DNA of 64,000 nucleotides from Takakia lepidozioides (taxonomy: Eukaryota > Plantae > Bryophyta), in contig CM060732.1 of the NCBI GenBank assembly GCA_030704615.1, positions 39,618,001-39,682,000 on the forward strand, read 5' to 3'. The stretch's first letter is position 1; the number at the start of each line of letters is the position of its first letter. Positions 38,401 through 50,849 of this stretch are shown piece by piece. The notes under the pieces are model-generated. The model saw only the letters and a program-made list of their open reading frames with translations, did not search any database and was not told the origin of the DNA. Position numbers and translations under genes: made by a program.

Positions 38401-38983
38401 CCACTGGTGCTGGTGCAACAGTAGTTTGGGTGGACGTCGTAGCCTTTGTACCACTAGTCCCACTGCTACTCACTGGTGCAGCTGCCGGTGTGGCTGCTGC
38501 CCTTGTCCCTCTAGTGATGGAGACATAGTCGGGTGACTAGTACATCCTCCACTTCTCGATCTCAACATCGTGCCCCCGCCTAAACTCATGGTAATCATCC
38601 ATGGGCGGCCCCTCAAGGTGCTGAAACAGCCCCTTCCATGCCATGAAAGGCGTAAATAGTTGTGGATTGCGCATTTACTGCAAGTCACACCAACTATCAA
38701 ACTCTTGAATGAAATCATCCAACTCAATGGTGCCTACCGCCCCAGAGTACCTTCGTGGCCCCTTGGTGGCTCCATACATCTCCTCCATTGTGTCCCACAA
38801 CAATGGCAAGGAAACAACTTGCACCGCCGGTGTGAGTCCTTCTGATTCACAATCCGAATCAGAACCTTCCGTAGAAGATACAAGAGGTGAAGGTGGCCTA
38901 AACCGCACACCTCGTCTCGTATACCCGCTAGTATCGCTAGTGCTCGTACCGGCACTTTCCCCAGCAAGTAGTGGCACCTCCAT
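35412..38983 (-). pseudogene. Deleted gag-DNMT-PHD coding remnant of the outer element (PR, RT, RNase H and integrase core removed)
   Basis: Homologous to 27397-34614. Junctions PRGA|IVWQCPDEGICLLDLF, CFA|SRATVEEHERHIQV|VHQPG and EELGH|ARGAATMLVCDRC. DNMT motifs I-X at about 36440-37430. Confidence 0.9.
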
Positions 38984-41545
38984 GTTGACAAACTGACACT
39001 CAACCGGTCATGAACCTGTCTCTAACCCCCTCTCCACAAGGTAACCGGGTAGAGGACCTGATGCAGCTTATGGTTTGGAATACTAGGTTCATAACATAGC
39101 CTGCACCTGCACCTGCATCCACCACAGGCACTCCTATGGTTGGCTGGTCATCACCTCTAACCTCACCACAAGAGAAACAAAGATGGTCTGACTGGTCATC
39201 AACCCAGCCTTACCATCGACAGCATGCTCTAGGGTTGGATCGGTGATCAAGCCCGAGTCAATCACCTATAAAATCAAGCGCCCACACAAAACTAGCATGG
39301 CGCACAATCAAGCATGCAGGTGTGGAGGGGATCTAAACACAAGAATGAGAACAACAACTCCCTCACACCAAAAACAACTCCACAATGTCGCTTCTGCAAC
39401 CCAACCCAAACCCGAACTGACTCTTGTCTCTACCTACGGAAAGGTCTCGGCCTACAGAGAAGGTGGAAAGCTACGAGGAAGGGAAGCTAAAGCAATGCCT
39501 ATCCCCAGCACGCTCTCATCCCAACACCCTCTTTTTTTCTCTCTTCTCTCACTTGCATGACCATGAGAGCATCTTGTGGATACTCCTCAAACCGCCCTCC
39601 ACAAACTCATGAAACTTGGCCTCCAAGGCCCCATGCAAGCCTCCACAGATCCGCCAGTGTCTCCTTACGTCCACCAGTCATTCCTCAAAACGGAACCACC
39701 TCAAGAAACCACGCCATCCACTGAAGGTTCAAAAATGGAGCAGATAGAGGTACATATAGGCCCCAACAACATTCTGTCCAAAAGAATTACCTGCAGGCTG
39801 GTCTCCCCCATAGTTAAGAATTGGGTTGAAAACCCCAAAAGATTATCTGCAGGGAAGTAAACCTTTTTGTTAAAACGCAACAAGGAGGCAATTCCGACTT
39901 TTCTGCCGGATTAGCTAGCTCAAAACCATTGTTCTTCAGAGCCCAGCCTCCCCATCAAGGTCCCACGAAACGAGTGAAAAAATGTTTGTTTTTTGTTTTT
40001 GTTTTTTTTTTCACTCTGGCTGTTCGCGGCCATACGTGGCTCCAACCGCCACGACCCCTCACGGCCCACCCTAGGCGCTCGTTGGCCACGGGCTGCCCCG
40101 TGATACCCCGTGGTACCACGCCCACGAGCCTTCACGGCCCGCCATCCCCACGATCTGGTCACTTTGCCCACCCGTGGTGTCCGTATCACGGCTTCCCACG
40201 GTCATGGTCAATGGTCACGGTCAACAGTCATGGCCTGGGCTCGTGGTATCTTGTGATACCGCCCCCACGGCCCATCACGGCCACTGTTTCTTGCGTTCCC
40301 AGTAGCTCTCCACGAGTTTCCATGCATTCCCAGACGTTCCCGAGCTCTCCCCGAGTTGGGGTTTGCTCCTACACCTGCTACCGACGAGCTATGGCTTTCT
40401 GCGGAGCCATCAGCCCCGTCGCCCTGCACTCCTGAGCTCTCATGGCCCACTAGAAGCGCCCCCAACTCAACAAGCAAGCTATATGCTGCCCAACAAGCTC
40501 TCTTTTCTTCATGAAGTTCACAAAAACAAATCTGAAAATACACGCCTTTACAACCTTGGTGTACCTGCAGTTCTACTGTACATTCGTTGGCTCTAGGACG
40601 CCTTGTTGCTGCCTTTCCAGCCCCCGCTCTTGCCACTCCAAGAGCCCTTACACTGCTGAGTTTCAAATTGAAACTCCAACTTAGCACATGTTTCACAAGT
40701 GCACTGATTTGCACACAAGATGGACCAACCCCATCTCTTCACTCATACCTCTTCATGAACTTGGAGCTGAAGCTCCCAATGGGCTGCAATGCATCCCCTC
40801 GTAGCTCCACCATTTGGCTACTCCTCATCTACCCGCAACAACTAGTTTCGGGCAGAAATACCTGGAGCTGATCATATCATCTCCAACCTACAACACGCTA
40901 GCTTCCTATGCGCAGCCCACATTTCTGCAGCTCCTCAACTCGGCCTGCAGCTCAAGAAGACGACCACAGTTCGTCCACTCGTGGCGAGCATCTCCTCCGC
41001 TTCACACTGAACCGCATACTCAGTGCCATAGCATTGAGCTATGCAACACTGACCACCTCTCTATCCATTGCAAACCTGCAACTTGTTCGCCTTTGCACTC
41101 TATCCGCTTTGGATAGGCTCATGCACGGATCCCTGCACTCTAGGCTGAACCGCTTTTCATGATCTGAAAACACAAGTGCTACAACTAACTCGAACCTGGC
41201 ACTCATAGACTCAAGCTGATCTTTCTCGAGTGATAAAGAAAGAATGATACAAGCACACAAGCTCTCTCAAACTCACATACTTGCACATGAAAACATCACT
41301 CATATATTAAGTCGAGCCAAATGCACCCAGGCCATGGGGAATCCACACTACGGCAACATAGCTAGACGCGGTGAGTCTCAACTCAAGAAAGATGAGCCCA
41401 CCGCGATCTGTCGTGAAGATAACAACGTCAGGTGCCCAAACATGTATTGGCCCTTGGATTGACATTTGGGTCAATCCCAAATGTCACTATATAAAAGCTA
41501 GCTATTTCCTAGCAAACTTCACACTAGTGGTAAAATAACTTGACA

Positions 41546-43340
41546 AGCCCGAATAGCTAAGCCTAACTGCCTCTTGTTCGAATCAAGAGGGGGAAAGTCG
41601 CGAGTGTACAAGTCACAGATGTAGGCAATTTTCGCACAACTCAAGCTATGGTCAAACATAGTCATTTTCTCTTGGCTTTTTGAGTCTTCACAGTCTTTCA
41701 AACGAATACACTCCCAGAGAATATAGTGACATATGGAATGCGCTCAAGAGGACATTGGAAAGGATAAAATCCAATTGTCTTGTCTTTCACCTTTCCCGGG
41801 AGGTTCATGTCATCATGCAAATGCCACGTTAGACGCATCAAGAGGCTCTCAAGAATATCTCCAGCGGCAATGACCTTCGGCTGACAAATTTGAAAATTAT
41901 TCCAATTCTCATAGAAATCCTGCAAAAACACTATAAACTGAGCCTCGCTGGTCTCCTCTTCAAGCTCCAATTTCGTATCCACTTCTTGAATGGCTTGCAA
42001 CCGTTGCCTTCCCTTTTCATCATCAAAAGGGTACTTGTGCCAGTAGGATCAGCCAGAATATCACTAACTTCCTAATTGGTCAAAGGTAATGTGGCCAACC
42101 TGTAACATATATCCTTAGAGGTTCTAATCTCCTTTACTGTATGGAGCTCAAACTTCACTGGTGAATCATTAACCGACACCCCAAGGTTGCCATTTCACCA
42201 AAGTACTACAACCTGTTGAGCAAAACGAAAAAAATACGCAATATCAATTATCAGCATCTTCAGGATTGACCCTTGTCGAGAATACACGAATTGCAAAAGA
42301 ATATACCAAATGTTGACAGCAAGTCGGTGCAAACCATAGCCGAATAACCTAACCACAATGTTTCAAAATAAACATAAAACTAAAAACTCCTCCGGATAGC
42401 GAGCTCGCCCCGCACAGAGGCACACGCATTCTCCCTCACTAACACACTATCTCACTCATCAACAAAAGCTCATCTTCACCTACGCACCAGATCTTAAAAG
42501 CTACTCTCGATGCAAACTCGCCTTATAACGTCAGCTAGGATTCACCAACGGCTTGTGCAGGGTTCATTTCGAATCCACCTGGATACCTGTAAATGGAAAA
42601 TCAACATTATATACTCAAGAATAAAAGTTTAAAAAAAAAAAAAAAAACATCAAGGTACATAAAGTAAAAACAAGGTGCATAAATTTACATCTTCTTGATC
42701 TCAGACCCACACGCAATAGTGGCCTCCAGTTGTTGCACAAGTATGTGAGGTGCTACAAATCCTGCATCAAAATGAATCACCAAACTCTATTTTGTCAAAT
42801 GTAGAGCAGTATAGACTTAGGATCCCCAAAGTACTCCAGCAGTTCCAAACAGCCAGAGCCCATGGATGAAACCTAGAACCACGTCTCGAACACAATAATC
42901 TCAGCGCCTACAAACTACAACAACGTTGCAAAAGGTTACGATATAATCATAACCAGACCCGCTCTGTTGGTGGAACAACCTACATGAGACGAAAATTCCC
43001 TTTGCAGATTATCAAGACTACAATAGTGGCATTCATACTCAAAGCCAAAAGCACATTTTCATGAAACTTACGCCGCCACGTTTAACGCTACAGAAACCCT
43101 ATCCCTGACGTATATAACAAACTATCAATGAAATATGGCCCTGATAGATGTATCGCAGTTTTCACTTCCCATGAAAATTCGACAACCACACCTTCTCCTT
43201 CTGGCCATATCCCGATGAACTCATGATGAAACCTCAGTGGCCAGAACACCACAACTTGATCCGCTTCTCTAAGCAATTCTCCCACCTTATCTCCGAAATA
43301 AAGCGTCAAAATTAAGAATCCACTGCTGCTAGCTGGCAAA
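41546..43340 (-). pseudogene. Degenerate unidentified coding remnant interrupted by the outer retroelement (continues at 20680 downward)
   Basis: Broken ORF pieces 43088-43339, 41698-42000 and 41546-41701; frame continues across the AGCC TSD. No recognisable motif. Confidence 0.3.
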
Positions 43341-44320
43341 AAGCATTCCCCATAGGCATAAGCATTGACTAGCGCTCAATTGGCAAAGATGCCCACAATG
43401 ACGCAACCATATTTCAAAACATCATCAAAATGGCCTCAAACGATTAGCACGATCCACGGTTATAGAGATGATATGTATGCCAGAGGAAAAACATATAATA
43501 GATGAACATAGGATCTTTCCGCGTTAATAGGGTCTACATAGTGTCTAAATACAATCTTATAAATGTAGAAGGAGCTTGAAAGGGAGAAACCTTAAAAAAA
43601 AACAAAAAACCAAACCCCAATTTCGCTTACGAAATCCAAGTTTCGCTGGCAAAAATACAAATTTCGTTGGCAAAAACCCAAAATGTGTTTGCGTTTTGCT
43701 GGCGAAACCCATTTTCTGGGGTTGTTCTTGGGGGTGTTCTACACACAATGTTTTACCAAATGCCACATTGTTTACGTTCGCTGACCTTTCAATTCTAGCA
43801 TATGTGCTTGTGGGTCTTTGTGCTCATGTGAGTTAAGCTTTAGACAATTAATTTCATAAGTTTTGTCGTGTGAAAACGGTTTTCAGATAGTTTCGTAATT
43901 TTTTTTTCACGTGAGCACATTTCGGTTTCGCTACGCATATTCTCCGGATTCTTGGGGAATATGCATAATATGCCTCTGTACTCGTGTGAGCTTGCTCACA
44001 CGCTACCCAACCTCGGGAAGAACCAATAAAGATGTACCCTAACATAGGGGTATACATCTTGGTCCCAAAATCTGCCACACATTATATATCTGGTATATAT
44101 ACCCAAATATGCCCAATGGTATATCTGGGTAAAAAATGTACCCACCCATTACTCCAACCCATTGTTCCCAGTGAGAAGATTAGTATGATTAGATGCCACC
44201 AGGGAGAGTGAAGATGAGACAAATAGTATAAGGATATTAAGTAATTCTAATTTTGTGAGTTTATCCCCTTACTTTTCACTCTTGGATCCCCCTTCACTGT
44301 GATGTCAAGGGCATTACCCC

Positions 44321-47061
44321 TGTCGTGCGCATACATATCGCTACACAACTACATCGTTGTCCAAAACCACACAACACATGTGCACACCAAACACTAGTCT
44401 ATTACTAGTCCACCACTAGTGCACCACTAGTCCTGCCACTAGTGCAGGTTGCGGCATAGCAACCACGGGACGCGTCCTCTACCTCTAAGTCTGCTGGACT
44501 TAAGGTTGCAGTTACGAAGGGCAATTGGGAGCCTGACATTGGACCTATTGTCACTAGAGGAGAGACGACGTATACGGCGGTTCCTGAGGCTTACATGAAT
44601 TGCTTTGCCTCTCGTGCTACGATGGAGGAGCATGAGAGACATGTTCAGGTAGTGCATCGACCGGGTTTGGTCAATAGGAATGCGGATGGATTGAGTCGCA
44701 ATCCGTGCACGAGCCAGCAGGATGATACTAGAGCTCGGTGGCATGGTGAGACGGACGAGGAGATGGTGTCGGGATGACATGCATCTGCCTTTTTGTGTAT
44801 CTTGGCATCGGGAGGTCAGGTTGGACCTACAACAGGGATGACTGTAGACGGAGTGTCTGAGGACCCTGAGGCTAGTGATGAGTCAGGTGGTGCCAGAGAT
44901 ATACATGAGGATTCGGGTGTGTTGGACTACCTCCGCACTGGAGACACGACAGCTAGTGTGACTGCCAAGGAGAGGGATCGGACCCTACAATGAGCCAAGA
45001 GGTTCAAGTGGGAGGGGATACACCTACTTCGAGTGTGGGAGGATGGTCGGGTGAGGATCGTGCCTCACCCAACACAGCGTGCACGGTTAGTGCGGCATGC
45101 CCATGAGGAGTTGGGGCATTTTGGAGTGCGACGCACTCATAGTTTCCTGCAGGGGCAGTATTGGTGGCGTGGTATGCACACAGAGGTGCAACAGTTCGTG
45201 GCTAGATGCATGGTGTGTGACAGGGTGCGTGCTTCATTCAACGCCCCTACACCACAGTTGCATCCATTACCCATCATGGGATTGGGCTACAGATGGAGTC
45301 TTGACTTCGCAGGGCCGTTGCCATTGACGATGCGCCACCACAGATATGTGTTGGTGATGGTGAAGCACTTCTCCAAGTGGATTGAGTTGGTTCCATTGAC
45401 ACCATTGTTTGAACACCGTAATGCCACTCTTCCTCCTTTGAGTGCAGCCTCCCAATGACAGCCATCCATGCAAGCTTGTATTGGCCCCTGGTTTTTTTTT
45501 TTTTCCACTCTAACTGTACGCGGCCTTCCGTGGCTCCAACCGCCACGACTCCTCACGGCCCGCCCTAGACACTCGTTGGCCACGGGCTGCCCAGTGATAC
45601 CCCGTGGTACCACTCCCACAAGCCTTCACGGCCCACCATCCCCACGATCTGGTCACCGTGCCAACCCGTTATGTCCGCACAGCGGCTTCCAACGGTCACA
45701 ATCAACGGTCACGGTCAACCATCACGATCTGGGCTCGTGGTATCTCGTGATACCGCCCCAACGGTCCATCACGGCCACTATTCCTTGCGTTCCCTGGAAC
45801 TCCCAACGAGTTCCCATGCGTTCCCACGCGTTCCCGAGCTCTCCCCGAGCTGGAGTTTGCTCCTGCATCTGCTGCCGCTGAGCTATGGCTTCTGTGGAGC
45901 CATCAGCCCCGTCGCCCTGCACTCCTGAGCTCTCACGGCCCACTAGAAGTGCCCCCAACTCAACAAGCAAACTATATGCTGCCCAACAAGCTTCATTTCT
46001 CCACGAAACTCACAAAAGTGAATATGAAAATACACACCTTGATAAACTTGGTGTACCTGCAGTTCTACTGCACATTCCCTGGCTCTAGGACGCCTCACTG
46101 TTGCCCTTCCAGCCCCGCTCTTGCCACTCCAAGAGCCCTCGTCGTGCTAGAGTTTCAGATTGAAACTTCCAACTCAAGCACATACTTCACAATTGCACTT
46201 ATTTGCACACAAGAGGGACCAGCCCCCTCTCTTCACTCATACCTCTTCATGAGCTTGGAGCTGCAGCTCCCAATAGGCTGCGATGCATCCCCTCGCAGCT
46301 CCGCCATTCGGCTGCTCCTCATCTACCCGCAACAACTCGTTTCGGGCAGATACCTGGAGCTGATCATATCATCTCCAACCTGCAACATGCTAACTTCCTA
46401 TGCGCAGCCCACATTTCTGCAGCTACTTAACTCGGCCTGCAGCTGAAGAAGACGACCACCAGTTCGTCCACTCGTGGCCAACATCTCCTCCGCTTCACAC
46501 TAGAAGCCCAAACTTGGTTGTCATAGCGTTGAGCTATGCAACGCCGCTCTTCAACATAGGCTACTCGCCTCTCTATCCATTGCAAACCTGCAACCTGTTC
46601 GCCTTTGCACTCTATCCACTTTGGATAGGCTCATGCACGGATCCCTGCACTCTAGGCTGAACCGCTTTTCATGATCTGAAAACACAAGTGCTACACAACT
46701 AACTCGAACCTAGCACTCACAGACGCGAGCTCATCTTTCTCGAGTGATAAGGAAAGGAATGATACAAGCACACAAGCTCTCTCAAACTCACATACTTGCA
46801 CATGAAAATATCACTCATATATTAAGTCGAGCCAAGTGCACCCCACGCCATGGGGAATCCACACTACGGCGCCATAGCTAGACGCGGTGAGGCTCAACTT
46901 GAGAAAGATGAGCCCACCGCGATCTGCCGTGAAGATAACAACGCCAGGTGCCCAAACATGTATTGGCCCCTGGATTGACACTTGGGTCAATCCCAAATGT
47001 CAATATATAAAAGCTAGCTATTTCCTAGCTAACTTCACACTAGTGGTAAAATAACTTGACA
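44321..47061 (-). mobile_element. Small non-autonomous member of the same family; A...B form, 4-bp TSD CCCC, with an internally inverted pol fragment
   Basis: CCCC|TGTCGTGCGC at 44317-44330 and TTGACA|CCCC at 47056-47065. A segment 46746-47061, B remnant 44321-44445, plus-strand pol piece 44446-45398. Confidence 0.88.
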
Positions 47062-47174
47062 CCCCTGTTGTCAAAAAATAAAAATAAAACCCCAATACCC
47101 ATAAAAATGGCCCACACGTACAGTAAGGGCATGTTAGGATTATTATTATTGCTAGTTTATTGGTTTCTAGGATA

Positions 47175-50100
47175 TCAATATATGAAGCGAGACATTTGTT
47201 TTGATTTGTTTTGTTTGTTTTGTTTTATAGCGTCGTTGAGATCTCCCAAACTGCGGGGCCCAACGTGGGTGGTTCCGTTGGAAAGCCCTCGGTGAGGAGG
47301 GGTGCACCGGCTTGGTCTCATGATTTTGGGACCGGCGGTGTGGGAGATACGGAATTTCAAGTGCTTTGGGTCGCTGGAAATTCAAAAAAAATAGCAAAGT
47401 GGGTTTTTTTGGAGCTATGATTGGCCCATCATGTGGCAGATTTGGAATTTCAAGTGCTTTTGGTCGCTGGAAATTCCCAAAAATAGCTTGAAAGTGGGAT
47501 TTCCTGGAACAACGATTGGAACCTCGACGGGAGATACATTGATATATTAGTACTCAATAAGTTCATGGAAAAGAATAAATGGGGCCTTGGCATGGGAGAC
47601 GTACTTTGATACGTAGGAGATTTTAATTGACATTGGACACTTGGGCCTCTACATGGGAAATGCACTTGGATACATGAATAGAATATTACATTTGGGCTTA
47701 GATGGGCCTCGACATAGGAGACACACTTGTATACATAGGAAATTGCACTTGGTCTTAGGTTTCAATTCTTCACAATGGGCCAACGACATAGGCTACACTG
47801 GAGGTCGCACTTGGGCCTCGACATAGGAGACGCACTTGGATACATAGGAAATTGCACTTGGTCTTAGGTTTCAATTCTTCACACATGGGCCAACGGCATA
47901 TGCTATACTAGAGGTCGCACTTGGGCCTCGACATAGGAGACGCACTGGGATACACAAGGGATTGCACTTGGACTTAGATGACACCAACAAGCTCTCTCTC
48001 GCACATTCCCATTCAACCTTACCCATGGCCCTCCTAGACTTTCTTACAACAGAACTTAAACTCACTCACTCAAACATGCTCCGAGCTTATATCCCAATTA
48101 AAAACCCAAAACATAAGATGCTATAGACTACAACAAATCAACCTATTTTTACTCTAACCCTCTCACATGCTACACCCCCCGGACTATGGTACAACTACCG
48201 AAGCAATCCATTGGGCAAGAATAGCCGCCCATATATCCGCAAAAGCCTTTACCGTATTGTACATCCCGCACAATAATCACAATAACACTGATCACCCTAT
48301 GCTGGCTAGCCCCCCGGAATGTTCACATTTGCTATATTTGACCCATGTACGATCATCTATGAATCAACCCCACCATTACCAAAGTATATGAAATATCCAG
48401 AGCCATCCCTAACTAAACTAGTCTATGTACACCACTCATACAGCCCACAAATACCATGTTCTTTCTTTTCACAATTAAAGCAAATACTAAACCACCCTAC
48501 TGCCATAGTCTATGAACCGCAACAAGTGCCCCACATCTACGCTCGCATCAACCAAGACAAACCATGGAATATGGCCACCCCACGACCACCTTGGTCAACC
48601 CAACAACAACACCCATTCGGACAAATGCCGGACTTTACAAACTTAGCCCCTTTAAAATTCCCTCCCCACCAATGTGTATATACAGATGGCAGCTCCCTAA
48701 AAGATGCACATGCAGGGTATGGTACATACTCTCCCGATAACAATTCAAGAACATACAACCGTCTTCCAGGTCGTCAAAATATTTTATGTGCAGAACTCAT
48801 GGCTATACATGATGCGTTGAAAGCACTACCATATCATCTTGGTTCGACCAGCTACTACCTCTTTACGGATAGTTTAGTCTCTTTGTATCTCCTCTCTAAC
48901 CAAAACCTTAAACCCTCCTCCCAAATTCATCACCCTGACGTTTACCTCATTAAGGCCATCATAGATATTGTACACTCATCCCCAATACAAATTCATCTCC
49001 ACAAAGTCAGATCCCATATAGGTATCACGGGTAATGAGATAGCAAACGAACTTGCCCAACTTGGAACCATCCAACCTACTACTTACGCCATGACTGACCC
49101 TATTCACCTGGCACACACATATCCATTCTGGGTGACATCCACTAAAGCTAGATTCCCGGACATAGCGCCCATTCGAGACCTGCATGCATATATGACAGAA
49201 GAAACTATGGATCAAATCCGTGCATCGCCCACCTATCTAAAACCCTAAATGGGTTACGCCACCTCAGCTGCTCCACCATATGTCTAATCACTTCTGGAAA
49301 TCTCCAATAATCACTGATGCCCAAATTAAACAAACGCTCCGATTTCGATATGGACAATACATGGGCAATCAACAGCGTAATTTATTTTGGCCTCTATTAT
49401 ATCCTAACAAGCATTGCATGTTATGTTATTCCCAACCCCCTCGAGTGGACACATGGCCGCATCTTCTTCTCCACTGTAAACATCCCATTATCCATGGATT
49501 TCACATTATTCGACATAATCAAGGAGTTTGGCAACTCCATAAATTTCTTCTCACACACCCTAAAACTAGATGGTACAACCTCATTAATGCAGGCACATTT
49601 CAAGGTAGGCCACCGGACCACACAATACCTTCATGGCTGCTACCATGTACATGCGCTAATCACCCATGCCTATGTCTAGCAAGATTATGTCCAGATATTC
49701 TTCTTGTCCAAGGACTCCCCATCTCGTCGGCAGCACCAACATGTCCACCTCCCTCACTATCCACATCATTGAATTTACCTTTTGTCATGACAGAGATCCC
49801 GACCAATCCATTATGTTCAAACGTGAAAAATACGAACCCCTAGTTCTAGCCCTCCGTCAATATGGATGGAACACTGCCCCTTTGACAATTATCACCGCTG
49901 GTGTCAGAGGGGGAGCTCACTGTCACAACAGTCTAATCCTAAAAGAAAACCTTAAACTACCTCATAAATATACCACCCCCCTATTACAAACATTACACTT
50001 CACGGCCATCACTTCACTAACAGCCATTATCCTCAACAAAAGAAAGATTGAAAGTGGCCAGCTTGCCGCTTAGTAACTGGTTCTTGTTACCATAGAGCCC

Positions 50101-50313
50101 ACCCCCGAAAGGGGGCAGTACCCACATGGGGAAGAGGCTCTTATTTACGCTAGCTTCGGCTGGCGTCATATATATATATATATATGGACTTACATGACAC
50201 TCGACACTTGGGCCAACGGCATAGGCTACCCTAGAGGTCACACTTGGGCCTAGACATAGGAGATGCACATGCATAGGAAATTACAGTTGGGCCAACGGCA
50301 CAGGCTACCCTAG
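47175..50313 (+). mobile_element. Non-autonomous Helitron-like element with internal repeats, interrupted by a LINE
   Basis: A|TCAATATAT start, gccaacggcacaggctaccCTAG|T end, inserted in AT with no TSD; about 120-bp internal tandem repeats at 47640-47980. Confidence 0.7.
47985..50184 (+). mobile_element. 5'-truncated Dualen/RandI-like LINE: RNase H, CCHC finger and restriction-like endonuclease, (TA)n tail
   Basis: RNase H VYTDGS...AELMAI...FTDS...KVRSHIGITGNE; CMLC...HLLLHC...RHN; PDILL...IIEF...KREKY. TSD TGGACTTA(G/C)ATGACAC at 47969-47984 and 50185-50200. Frameshifted. Confidence 0.85.
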
Positions 50314-50731
50314 TTATTGAAGCTCCACCATTCACTGCCATGTCTGCCAGTTTTTTTAAGAAAAAATCTGCCTACAACTGTAGCTGCTTTTCTTTAAACC
50401 CCAAAACGATTTGGTACTGTTTTCTTTTTTCCTTTCTTTCTTTTTGGAAGCTAGTGTTGCAATGTCATCAATATTTTGTTGGCTGCTCTAGGCATCACTT
50501 TCAAAAATCGTTAAGTCCTTGTTGTGCATTCCCCATGTGTCACCCCCTCTCATTTGTTAAAAGCTCGTTCCTAATGTGCCTTCTCCAGATAACACCTCTC
50601 TCAGGTTACATCTCTACTAGTATTCAACAACTTTTGAGAAATAAATGGATAATATTCAAGTTTATTATGGATGAAAGTAGATTTCGTTATTCACAAAGAG
50701 GAGCCATACGCAACTAGCCGCATACCACCTC

Positions 50732-50849
50732 GGAAGTGGTTGTGGGTTCAATCCACCGATTGGTTCCAAACAAAAGGCAGTAACCCTTCGGGGTGAAGAG
50801 ACCCCATAATTTACGCTTCCTTTGGGAGGCGTCAAATATTATTATTATT
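50732..50849 (+). repeat. Short interspersed element sharing the structured 3' motif
   Basis: Aligns to 16874-17014 and structurally to 50094-50168; ends GGCGTCAAATATTATTATT. Confidence 0.7.

Larger units (their letters stand above)
20681..41545 (-). mobile_element. Outer Gypsy-like DNMT retroelement (deleted derivative) carrying nested insertions; termini TGTC...GACA, 4-bp TSD AGCC
   Basis: AGCC at 20677-20680 and 41546-41549. The A segment at 41232-41545 has a 37-nt end identical to 20978-21014. B segment at 20681-20977. Coding remnants at 35412-38983. The flanks rejoin into one reading frame (…QLGLAIRA|DLIHYLTS…). Confidence 0.8.

Noticed and set aside
50094-50168. Known self-cleaving ribozyme (hammerhead, HDV, hairpin)
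   Set aside because: Core consensus sequences such as CUGANGA/GAAA are absent; kept only as an unassigned structured motif.
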